From Macrostomum hystrix (taxonomy: Eukaryota; Animalia; Platyhelminthes), in contig CATNEN010000038.1 of assembly GCA_950097015.1 (NCBI GenBank), forward strand, positions 34,286,001 to 34,350,000: a DNA stretch of 64,000 nucleotides. Reading direction: 5' to 3'. How positions within the stretch are numbered: position 1 is the stretch's first letter; each line of letters starts with the position of its first letter. The translations under genes were made by a program, and so were the position numbers. The notes under the pieces were generated by a model. The model worked only from the letters and a program-made list of their open reading frames with translations, was not told the DNA's origin and searched no databases. Of this stretch, positions 11,751 through 38,242 are shown piece after piece.

Positions 11751-14055
11751 TCAAACTTGAATGACCCGCCTGTCCTTTGGAAAGCTCATAGTTTGTCCGC
11801 AGACTAATTCTAGCATAGCATTGATTGGCATCTGATCAAACATGCCCTTGTCCAGGTGACTGCTGTGCATCTGTCGCCCAGGACCCAGTATCAGACAGGC
11901 TCCATTCAGCATGAGATTGGCTTTGAAGTCTCTGTACCACATCGCCCGGTAGGTGCTACTGAGGATGCCAGACATCCAGCCAGATTTCACGTGCTTGCTG
12001 GACTCTGGCTCTAAAAGGGCGGATGAACGCACATACTGGCTTTCCCTATGCGGACTTTTGGAAAAAAACTGTTTTAATGCCAGCGCCACACTTACTCTGT
12101 CGAGTAGCGTTCATCTCGTCACATCTGCAGCCGACCGCCTTGTAGACGGCACTGCTGGGATCGCACAGCATGGTGTGGCGAAAACCAGTTTCCTCGCGAA
12201 ACATCTGCAAAGTTATCCATCAGTCAATTTGAAAAATCAAGGATCAGCTTGGAAAAAACATACATTTTTTGTTTTTGGATGTTATTGACAGCTTCGAACT
12301 TTCAACTAAAATGACGGGAGTTCGAATCTAAGTCCAAAGAAAACAATTTGAATGAAAAAACTCCAAAATTGCATCGTTTTCAAATCCTTTAAAACCCTTT
12401 CAAATCGCTTACATGAATCAGATCTGGTCCATGAGGTCCGATGGTCACTAATTGAACATTTCCTTTATCAAGAAATTCATCAGGAATCTTAGCAAGATCT
12501 TCAGCGTACTCCTTAGCTGTGAAGCATTGAGGGTGCTAAAAAGGAAAACAATTAATAATGTAGCTATGCATTTATGTCAAGAGATTCCGTTTAAATATTT
12601 TAGATTGAACGATGATTTTTAGGTACCAAAGTTTGTATTTAGGAAAGACAAAGAAATACAAGTTAGACAACAAAAGGCTTTTTAAAAAGACGTGCTAGTA
12701 AACTTTATGTCGTAGGGCTCTTCTATTTATCTTACAGCTGCCACCACGTTGTCGTAGGGCTCCTTCCTCTTTAGGTTTATATACCACCGATACTCCTTTA
12801 TTAAATATTAACAATTGCTTATTTCACACCTTGACTTAATCCTTGAAATAACTCTTAGTTTCCTTTGTCTATGACTTAGTTATTCTTCATAGGCTAGCTA
12901 TGTATCCTCTTATTTCATATGCATAAATTGCTTCAATTGGCCAGATAGGCTGCTTTTCCTTCCCAAAATTTGGTAGCGTTCTCACGAGTGTCCGAGCGGC
13001 AAGACACTTCTTCCTCTCCTTACTTACTCACAACTATCTGGCTCTCTGGTTTGTTCCCAGTCTTTCAAGGCTTCCAATGGACTGAAGTTGCCCAACTTTG
13101 CACACAGTGCTTTTCCACCAATCGGGATTTACCCTTCTGCTCTTTAGTTTTACACTCCACTGCTTTTTATGACTATTCCCTTCTTTATTCTTTCGAATAT
13201 TCCTGGCTTGTGGCACTTATTAACACGGACCTGCTTTTCTCCTCTCTAAAATAATTGAAAAACACTTTGAGATTTATTCTCCTTTATTGCACTCCGAACT
13301 GGGCACGGGGCACCGGTTGGTTTTTCTAGGGCTAAATTGCGGCTATATTTATACAAAAATTGGGGGTGGATGACACAGTGTATTAAAACAAAGAATAAAA
13401 TCGGGAAAAAGAATTTGGCGGGGATTCAAGTTATAAATCTACGGTAAATTTGGGCCTGCCTCATTTAGAATAATGTAAAGTGTTTGGTTACTGGGGAAGT
13501 TTTGGTTAACTTCCCCAGTAACCAAACCCCATTGACAAACTTATAGAACATTATTAAACTATAAAACATTAGCGAACCCTTTCCCATTATTAAGATTATA
13601 TATTAAGATTATACAAGAGTTTTTATTTTTAGTTGTAGTTTAGTGTTCGTTTTTAGTTTTAGTTTTTTTAAATATAAAGTAATCCATTAAATAGGAGTTT
13701 AAATGGAATTATTATTTATGCTAGTTTTATTCAAAAATCATACATCCACTAACAAAAGCAACAACAAGAAGTGCAATTGGATGGGAAGGACAAAACCTGA
13801 TTTTTTATCAACTGTGAAAGTAAATGGAACTTGAGGACCAATATATAAAAGAAAATCTAGAGTTCTTACCCGAAGAAGAACTATAATGGTCTTTTTATCT
13901 CTGTAGATGTCACAGAATCGCAAAGAATTTCCTTCCTCGTCTAAAACGACTAAATCCTCTAGTCGTTCAATATCAACGCTAACTTCATCATTAACTCCTC
14001 GAGATAAGTTAATCTTTACAACTTTATCAATCTTTTTCGGTTCTGAGGAAGCCAT
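11751..14055 (-). CDS. PRXL2C: Peroxiredoxin-like 2C / AAED1 (AhpC-TSA-like); complement(join(11751..12010,12096..12204,12413..12535,13870..14055)), 225 aa
   Basis: Spliced protein contains IIVLLR|HPQCFTAKEYAEDLAKIP, TGFRHTMLCDPSSAVYK, SKHVKS, LILGPG, PINAMLELV...VIQV, closely matching vertebrate PRXL2C. All three introns are GT-AG and in phase. Confidence 0.9.
12708..13375 (-). mobile_element. LTR remnant with primer-binding site in PRXL2C intron 1
   Basis: Minus strand TGTCA...AATAAA...GAGCCCTACGACA (13375-12750), then TGGTGGCAGC (complement of a tRNA-Leu-like 3' end), then a second GAGCCCTACGACA ending at 12708. No TSD found. Confidence 0.55.
13482..13527. repeat. Perfect 20-bp inverted repeat with 6-nt loop
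   Basis: GTTTGGTTACTGGGGAAGTT-ttggtt-AACTTCCCCAGTAACCAAAC. Confidence 0.9.
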
Positions 14056-15120
14056 CGATACACGTTTTCTCAGATGTAATCTTCAATGAAGAAAATGATG
14101 ATCTGTGAAACAGAATACAAAACAACGATGTCTAACGTACAATTGTAATAAAACGGAATAAAATGTCTGTTAAAATTTTAATGGTAGTCGTAGTAAATAA
14201 AGTAGTTAAAATTAACAAAAACTTGTTCGCGATAAATATAATATTTTTAGTATTTACTGTGTACGATTTGCGCAATTTAATTGTTTTTTTCTGAAATAAT
14301 TATTTCACAAAAAATTGCAGAATACTTTTTTGACACAACAATTTTAAGATATATGCCTCCAATACCTACAAAATTGTAGCTAATTTTAGCTGGCTAGATT
14401 CGATTTATGCTAAGAACAAGTTACAAGTTACAAGTAAAAAAGCAACGCTTCAACAATCTGACCGCTGAATAAGAATTCAGTACTTGATTTAAATCCCAAA
14501 ATGTAGTTTTTATTCTTAAAACCGAAAGAAATTAAAAAAAGAAAAACAAAAAGTTGAATCGCTGACAAAAAGGACAAATTTATATAGGCTCAGATTTTTA
14601 CTGGACTGAGCTAAAAATTCATATTTAAAACAAGTAATAAAAAACATTTTGCCTTCTTTTTTAGTACATTTAACAGCGCCTTTCTTAGATATTAATGATG
14701 TCTTAAACAATTTATTGCTGCTGCCTGCTAGCCTGACTGAAAGACGGTAAACAACAACTTCAGATGGTTTTTTATTCGGAAACGACAATCGAAAATAGCA
14801 AATTGCACGTTGAAGTAGCTGTAGTCACATGCTGTCTAAAGTGTCGCAACGGTTTTGTGTGTCTCGTACAAATATGTTATTGAATGACCTTGTAGTTAAG
14901 TTTAGCTGTTAGTTATTATTTTTTTAATCTAGTTTTTTGTTTGTTTGTAAATATATCTTGGTCTACAGCCAGTTGAAAGTGATTTGTTTACATGTTGTTT
15001 GCCCTTAGCCTTTTAGAAGTTAAACTAGCATGTTTTGCCCCCCTTCGGGGAGCAGAAATATTTTTAATTCGTCTTGTATTTACTTTTTAGCAGCTGAATT
15101 TACAGCTTTTTAAAGCTAAA

Positions 15121-16002
15121 ATGAACCCCCAGTTGACAATGATCCCCCAGTTGATGATGATCCCCCAGTTGATGATGATCCCCCAGTTGACAATGATCCC
15201 CCAGTAGAGAATGATCCCCCAGTTGAGAATGATCCCCCAGTTGACAATGATCCCCCAGTTGACAATGATCCCCAAGTTGACAATGATCCCCCAGTTGACA
15301 ATGATCCCCCAGTTGACAATGATCCCGCCAGTTGACAATGAACCCCCAGTTGACAATGATACCCCAGTTGATGATGATCCCCAAGTTGACAATGATCCCC
15401 CAGTTGACAATGATCCCCCAGTTGACAATGATCCCCCAGTTGACAATGATCCCCCAGTAGAGAATGATCCCCCAGTTGAGAATGATCCCCCAGTTGACAA
15501 TGATCCCCCAGTTGACAATGATCCCCAAGTTGACAATGATCCCCCAGTTGACAATGATCCCCCAGTTGACAATGATCCCGCCGGTTGACAATGAACCCCC
15601 AGTTGACAATGATACCCCAGTTGATGATGATCCCCCAGTTGATGATGATCCCCCAGTTGACAATAATCCCCCAGTTGACAATGAACCCCCAGTTGACAAT
15701 GAACACCCAGTTGACAATGATCCCCCAGTTGACATGATTACCCAGTTGACAATCATTCCCCAGTGGACAATGATCCCCTAGTTGACAATGATCCCCCAGT
15801 TGACAATGATACCCCAGTTGACAATGATACCCCAGTTGACGATGATCCCCCAGTTCACAATGATCCCCCAGTTGGCCATGATCCCCCAGTTGACAATGAT
15901 CCCCCAGTTGACAATGATCCCCAAGTTGACAATGATCCCCCAGTTGACAATGATCTCCCAGTTGACAATGATCCCCCAGTTGACAATGATCCCCCAGTTG
16001 AT
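15121..16002. repeat. Minisatellite, 18-bp unit GATCCCCCAGTTGACAAT with ~253-bp higher-order block
   Basis: About 48 copies; blocks at 15211 and 15464 share the same variant order. Confidence 0.96.
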
Positions 16003-19000
16003 AAACTTGTGTTACTTGTGTCAAGAGACAGTAGTACTACATACTAAAACAAATGGCGTAAATTTACTTTCATTCACGAAATTATTTTCTTATTTTTTAA
16101 TGTTGAACGATGAAGCGGATAACGTCAACTGGTAGCACAACTGGTGGGAAACATTTTTAAATGGCACTGAGCATTACTAAGTTTAGTTCAATGCAGTCCT
16201 GACTGTCTCAGATTCCTAAACTGGAACTGGGTAATAATGACAAATCCAGAACAGAATGCTGCCAAAAGCCTTGGCAAGCCCTGGGTGAAGGTGTTGCCAT
16301 AGATACTCTTGGATGTGCAATTCAAATAGGGCATCACTATTGCCATGCCACATAGTCTCGTCAGTACTTGTTGTCAATTCCATCAGATCCCTTGCTTTCA
16401 TATTTAGTTCCGTCAGTGCCAATGCTGGCAGAACTTCATTTGGTGGCACAATCCACAATGTTCTTGGGGGCTGCCCAGCCATTTGCAAATCAGAAGAGTC
16501 TCAAAGTCTCTCATATACACTAAAACTCAGCCGAATTTCTATGCCCCAAACAACTCTACGCGGCTACTATGGGCCATAGACAACTCCCATTCGTCATACC
16601 ATGTCATGGGCACCATTTAAAAAAAGGAAAATAATTTCGCAAACAAAAGTAAATTTACGCCAAGCAAATTACTATTTAAAATTTGGTACCCAGTACCTGG
16701 ACACTTCGTCATCTTACAACTTCTTACAACCAGATGACGATCTGTCCAATATCTCAGAGGGTGGGTGACGAAGGGACTTATCTATAACGAAGGGTCATCT
16801 ATAAAACAAAAGTTTTCAAAGTTAGAACAGAACCCCCCTCCCCACATTGTATTGGTATTTGCACCTCTCTTTCAATTCTTAGGCCTATAATGAAATTAGT
16901 TTTGACTCCTCTTTTTTACAATTTAGGGTGTGAAGCATGTTCACACTTCGTCTTCTGCCCCACCACCCCATCCTCACTTTATTTGAAACAAAGCAAGCAC
17001 ATAAGCACCTCCATATCTATATCTTACCCTTTAAGTTTTCATGTCTGCCTCAAGTTGTACATGCACGCAGAAGCATCTGTTATTTGAGTCTACAGACTAC
17101 AATGTTGTTATTAGTTAGATGATGAACTGACCAAACTTAAAAGCATGCCGTTTGTTGGATGACAGAGTGTCCTACTTTCAAAGTGGATGATAAAGTTGTA
17201 AAATGACAAAGTGTCTAGGATCCTGAAAGTTTAGTATAGCTTTGTCATTTTTTAAAGCATAGGCCTATATGAACTTTTGAGTTAAATACTAAATGCTTAA
17301 ATGACAGCAGTCTTTATTCACACTCTCCCATGGCCCTGCTAATAATGCTAAATTTATCCCCACATGCGTCCCCACAGCTTCTAAGAAAAGAATCCATTAT
17401 CCATGCAAAAGTCCGGATCATATTGGCTGCATGCCAGAAGAAAAATCGTGAAAAAATTGTTTGCATTGCCAAGGATGCAGAGTTTTTCAAATTGCCTGCC
17501 AGTGCAGCAGTGCATGCCAATGTGGTAGATCTACATCATATAATTCGTATAAAAAAGGCGTAACACATTTTCACTTTAAAGAGACAAACTGGCTTCCATT
17601 TTTGTGTTTAACCAAAAGCAATATCAAACAAAATATATATTTTTAATATTTATAGGCCCTAGTCTAATTTACAAAGCTTAAAAATGTTTTTACAGATAAC
17701 AGAACATTTTGTTCCTGTCATGCAAAGTCCATCAAATGAATGGTTGATATTTGTAATTGTACATACAGATACATAAAACACATATTTGATCTCTTCTTAA
17801 ATGCAATGTACGATTGTATGCTGCACCATTGCCATGCACAAAATGTGCTATTGAACTTGCACTTGAACTTGAACTTACAAAGTGCATGTTTAATTGAAAA
17901 AAGTTGCCTAATGAATTGCTTTATTAAGTTTACTAATGTTTTTGTTTGTTGGAAAAAATATTGACTATATTTTGTGCTATTGTAATTTGCTTTTTTGAAG
18001 CAAAATTCAAGGCTTGCATTACTGTGCAAATGAGCACAATAGTCAGCATAGGCTTCTGCCTTGCAAGCTGCCAATGTTATGCTTTGATTGTGTTGATGTG
18101 CAAAAGTTTGTGCTAGTATACATAAGTGTTTAAAAATGTGCATCAATATTCATTACACAAAAGTTGTACCAGAATTTTCTGACAATATTGTTACTTTTCT
18201 GACTAAGGCTAGGCCTACTTTGAGCATCAGATACTTCTTTGGCTATAACAGTTCTATGGTAGGCACTGTATCCATGTTAACATTTATATTGTAGCATGTT
18301 CTATTCTAAATCTTTTGTAAACTTATTTGTGTATAGGCCTAGACAAAAAATTCAATTCTACAAATGATTGTGGCACTATTTGTCACTTTATCTCTTTATA
18401 TATGTTTTATAATTATGATTATGAGTGATTATGACCAGTAAAAATATAATAGTTCAAGGTCTTAAACCTTCAAAGTTTGTTCTTTGTCTACCCATGGTTT
18501 AGTGTTTAAATATAGATATTCAAAGCTTATTAAACAACTTATATGTTAGATTGTAAGATTTTATATAAATTATTTTAATATTATAATAAATAACAGACAA
18601 AATTAGCAAAGCAGCAAAAATGTGAAGAGTTGCCTACGTGCATGGCTTTTTAAACTCACTATTTGCATCACAAGTTACGGTATTTGTTTCAATTTTTACT
18701 TAGATTTTTTCCATAAAAACCCAAAAACATTACTTTTTTCACATTAGCAGAACTAAAATATGCTTATGATTTAGCATGTAATTTAGCATGTTAAAATAAC
18801 CAAAATGTACCAAATCCAATCAAAATATGTAATGTTGCAATGTATGCTGTACTTTGCTTCAAAAACTAAATTGCACAGCTGGCTAAGATTTTAGAGGTTG
18901 TAAATATGTGCTAGAAAATTGGTATGCAGTTCTGTAATTTTTACATTCTTGTAGATCCATTCTATATGGTAGATAGAACCATTGAAATGTTGCTACCTTT

Positions 19001-19147
19001 AATTAATTAATTTTATTTTTAAACTCTTAATGTAAGTTTAAATTTGACTTTAAATAAGTAATACAATATTTTAGTATTAGTGAAGTATTTTTACTGGATT
19101 TTACAATAAAAAATCTTGCTAGTGCAATGTAGAAATATTTATTTGCC

Positions 19148-19786
19148 TACTTTTTATGTTGTGCCTTCGCTTAAGCTTTCTAAAGAGACATTTTTAAGTT
19201 TCTAACTCTAGTTCCTTTCTGGTTATATGTTTTGTATAATTGTAAGAAAATACTACTTTTTATGTTGTGCCTTGGCTTAAGCTTTCTAAAGAGACATTTT
19301 TTAGTTTCTAACTCTAGTTCCTTTCTGGTTATATGTTTTGTATAATTGTAAGAAAATACTACTTTTTATGTTGTGCCTTGGCTTAAGCTTTCTAAAGAGA
19401 CATTTTTTAGTTTCTAACTCTAGTTCCTTTCTGGTTATATGTTTTGTATAATTGTAAGAAAATACTACTTTTTATGTTGTGCCTTGGCTTAAGCTTTCTA
19501 AAGAGACATTTTTTAGTTTCTAACTCTAGTTCCTTTCTGGTTATATGTTTTGTATAATTGTAAGAAAATACTACTTTTTATGTTGTGCCTTGGCTTAAGC
19601 TTTCTAAAGAGACATTTTTAAGTTTCTAACTCTAGTTCCTTTCTGGTTATATGTTTTGTATAATTGTAAGAAAATACTACTTTTTATGTTGTGCCTTGGC
19701 TTAAGCTTTCTAAAGAGACATTTTTAAGTTTCTAACTCTAGTTCCTTTCTGGTTATATGTTTTGTATAATTGTAAGAAAATACTAC
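19148..19786. repeat. Tandem repeat, 106-bp AT-rich unit x6
   Basis: TACTACTTTTTATGTTGTGCC recurs at 19251, 19357, 19463, 19569 and 19675. Confidence 0.95.
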
Positions 19787-20106
19787 ATTGTGTTAATAAT
19801 TTAGTCTGCCCCACATTTTTGTTGAATGAAAAGAAAATTGTTTTACTACATCCTAGCTATTAAATTAACTAGTGGTGCATCAGTTAATGCATTAACTATA
19901 AATTGATTGAAATTCCAGCCACAGCACTCTGCACATCAGTTTGGCAGCAATAATACACAGTCGGCAGTGAAATCAGTCGCTGACAACTGGTTGTCAGTTC
20001 TCACTCTCTCTATTAGACTTTCATTAGTCTAATCTAGCTTGCTCATTTCTGAGTTATCTCTAGTTTCCTTTGACTTGTTTAAATTAACTACAAACAGTTC
20101 AACGTC

Positions 20107-34664
<14,558 letters not shown>

Positions 34665-35204
34665 TTTTTTTGGTTCCTCTGACTCAATTTTATGCTGATT
34701 TTAGTTTGTTTTACCTATAGGAAAACGCGTTTCATTTTGGCCCTTTTAAGATTCAATATATATATTTATGGGTGAGCTGATCTATAAAGCCTTTTAAAGA
34801 AACCAAACTGTCTTCAAGGATGCCCCAAAGTAAATAATTTTTGCCTGTTTGCTGTTCCGAGGTTTTGTTTCCTAAATTTAGTCGCCTTTCTGTATTCGAA
34901 GTGTTGATCATTCGAAAATGCCTTATTTGCCTTTAGAATGCATGTTATAAAGTTGTTTCTGACGGATTGCTTGTTGCTTTATTTGCTAAATTTTTGCTAG
35001 TTTCTTTTTTCTTTAATTGTTCTTCTTAGATTTAATTAATTTTCGTTAAGTACGTGTTCTGTAACAACTCGTAGCAATGCAGCGATTGACAAATTCAAAG
35101 TGTGAATAGTAAAGCTGTTGGGGGATCGCTAAAGATAAATGTGAAGAGCGTGGTGCTTGGTCGATTGAAAACGAGAAATTGTAGTGAGTAAGGTATTTAG
35201 TTGG

Positions 35205-35790
35205 TCGATCAATAACGAGAAAGTGTGGGGAGTGAGGTGGTTGGTCGATCGATAACGAAAAAGTGTTGGGAGTGAGGTAGTTGGTCGATCGATAACGAGA
35301 AAGTGTGGGGAGTGAGGTAGTTGGTCGATCAATAACGTGAAAGTGGGGGGAGTGAGGGAAAGTGTGGGGAGTGAGGTGGTTGTTCGATCGATATCGAAAA
35401 AGTGTTGGGAGTGAGGTAGTTGGTCGATCGATAACGAGAAAGTGTGTGGACTGAGTTTATTGGTCGATCGATAACGAGAAAGTGTGGGGAGTGAGGTGGT
35501 TGGTCGATCAATAACGTGAAAGTGGGGGAGTGAGGTTGTTAGTCGATCGATAACGAGAAAGTGTGTGGACTGAGTTTATTGGTCGATCGATAACGAGAAA
35601 GTGTGGGGAGTGAGGTAGTTGGTCGATCAATAACGTGAAAGTGGGGGAGTGAGGTTGTTAGTCGATCGATAACGAGAAAGTGTGTGGACTGAGTTTATTG
35701 GTCGATCGATAACGAGAAAGTGTGGGGAGTGAGGTAGTTGGTCGATCAATAACGTGAAAGTGAGGGTAGTGAAGTTGCTGGTCGATAATA
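35205..35790. repeat. ~40-bp minisatellite GTCGATCGATAACGAGAAAGTGTGGGGAGTGAGGTAGTTG
   Basis: About 14 copies downstream of MAN1A. Confidence 0.93.
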
Positions 35791-37584
35791 AGGGCTAGTA
35801 TTTATCGTAAATGCTATGGTATACCCAGTAGTAAAAAAGTTGGCCTTGCTAGGTAAACCTAAGATTCAATAGTTAGGTTTCCTCATTCTATGTTAATTTG
35901 AGTTTCATAAGAATTAACAAATTTTGATTGAAATTTCATTGCTCAAGTTTGTTTTTTTGTTTGTTTGTTTGTTTGTTCATTCTAATACCAATCTTCAAGC
36001 AATAACAATGCGCTGAATGCATAGAAATGAGCAATAATAATATTTTTCTCTTCTATTCTGCTCTTAAACGATCTGCAACGACATAATGAGGTTCCTTCAA
36101 CAAAAAAATTACTTACGATTGATTTCAGTCGACTGATCATATTTTTTCACCTATCACGGCCGTTCTATTGTTTTATATTGTTTTTTTGTTGCGCTTCTTA
36201 GGGGCATCGTGTTCTTAAGAAGTAAACCAATCTGCATTCCTAGAAAATCCTCTCATTATTTGCGCAGTTTCGTCCGAATCCCATTGTTAAGACAATTTTA
36301 CCCAGCCTTAACTTCCCTAGTTAACTTCCCCGACTATTGCTAAAAAACTCCCGACTTTAAATTTACTTAAAATCCCATTTTCCCACTTATCCCAAAGTAC
36401 TCAAAGTGTATTATACGTTTTTTATTCTTTAATTTCCTAAATGTGCCATCTTTGCCCTTAAGATCCCAGACAAAATTTCTGAAACTGTCAATTTTCCTTG
36501 AATGTTCAACTTCGGCACTGTAAAAAAACAGCACTACAGTCTATTGTTGACTAAAATAAGCAAGGCAATATCATCGCGCCAATTGTAGTTAAAAAAGAAC
36601 ATATTTCCTTTCATTCTGGCAAGTATTTTGTTGGGAAATTAATTCTAAAAAAGCATAGTTTTCTTCTGCTTATCAATTGCCTGTGTCCCTCTAATTGTCT
36701 TGATAAAAGTGTTTCTGATTTATATTCTTGTATCTGCGTGGGTTATAAAATTTCGATCTCATTTGAGTTGCCCACGATGCCAAAGTAGCAAAGTTGAATT
36801 GTTAGCAACCATTTAAAAACTTGGTTGATTTCTAACTATGTCCTTTATCATTCAGTTTGTTGATCTGTTTTTTCATCTGCAGTATAACAAATTCTAGAAG
36901 TCAATTTATATGTACTCTGAGTGAGTTGAGATACACTGATATGCGAAAAAATTAATCTGTGATTAGAGCAATTTTGTATATCTATATACGCATATATGTG
37001 TGTATGTCTGCCTGTTTGTTTTCTTAAAGTACACTCGTTGACTGCTCTGTTGTGCTAATTTAGGGCCGCTGTTTGTTTGAGAATGTTTTCGTTTCATTAT
37101 TTTTTTAACTAGACAATCACTTTATTAGAATACCTTATAGTTAATGTATACGAGTAGTTAAGCGTAGCATCAGTATTGAGTAGTTATATATTGAAATATC
37201 GCGAATGTATGAGTACAATAGAAAATATTTATCAAATCCACTTCATTCATGATTAAATTGTGTCGATTTATTCATATAAGTATTATCAAATTTGCATTAT
37301 TTCAGCTTAGAAATGTAAGGTGATGCCAGTTTCAAAACATATCGGCATGACTTTTATCTACCCCTTGAGCTCTTGAGCTCTCGATTAATTTAAGCCTAAA
37401 GATCGTATTGAAAAATTGACTTCCTGTTTTTTTATCACAGATTTCTTACTACTCAATTTTAATTTCAGCAATTATCGTCGTAAAATGACTAATGCCACAT
37501 TGACCGTTTAAACACTTGCTTCATCAGGTATGTGGTTCTCTTTTATTGTTCTTTGGTAAATTATTAGGAAACCATTGCCTATCA

Positions 37585-37966
37585 AACAATTACCTGCGAG
37601 ACCATTACCTGTGAGACTATTACCTGTGAGACTATTACCTGTGAGACTATTACCTGTGAGACTATTACCTGTGAGACTATTACCTGTGAGACTATTACCT
37701 GTGAGACTATTACCTGTGAGACTATTACCTGTGAGACTATTACCTGTGAGACTATTACCTGTGAGACTATTACCTGTGAGACTATTACCTGTGAGACTAT
37801 TACCTGTGAGACTATTACCTGTGAGACCATTACCTGTGAGACTATTACCTGTGAGACTATTACCTGTGAGACTATTACCTGTGAGACTATTACCTGTGAG
37901 ACTATTACCTGTGAGACCATTACCTGTGAGACCATTACCTGTGAGACTATTACCTGCGAGACCATT
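37585..37966. repeat. 15-bp minisatellite CTATTACCTGTGAGA, probably in a 5'-UTR intron (37528..38104) of the SEC14-like gene
   Basis: About 25 copies; flanked by CAG/GTATGT at 37527 and TTTTTCCTACAG at 38104. Confidence 0.93.
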
Positions 37967-38242
37967 GGGTTGAGTCCTGAGCACACACTGAAAGCAGTTG
38001 ACTTTCTCATCGCAAGGCAGTGTACTACAGTCTTATCCGCTACTCAATCCGAATTTTTCGAATTTTACCTATCATAACTTTGTTTTTGTTAATTTTTCCT
38101 ACAGTTGTTTGGCTTCGAAAAAAATCAAATAAAATCAATAAAAGGCGGCTCGGCTAACGGCTTAGCAACAGAATAGCAACAGTCTTCGAATCTCTTGCAC
38201 CTTTAAGCCAGCGAGCCTATCGGATATCTCTCTTACTGCACA

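Noticed and set aside
11751-14055. Selenoprotein (SelU/PRXL2-type Sec recoding)
   Set aside because: No in-frame TGA in the reconstructed CDS.
16216-17563. Short ORFs possibly from a decayed DNA transposase
   Set aside because: No recognisable catalytic motif, TIR or TSD; needs TBLASTX against repeat libraries.
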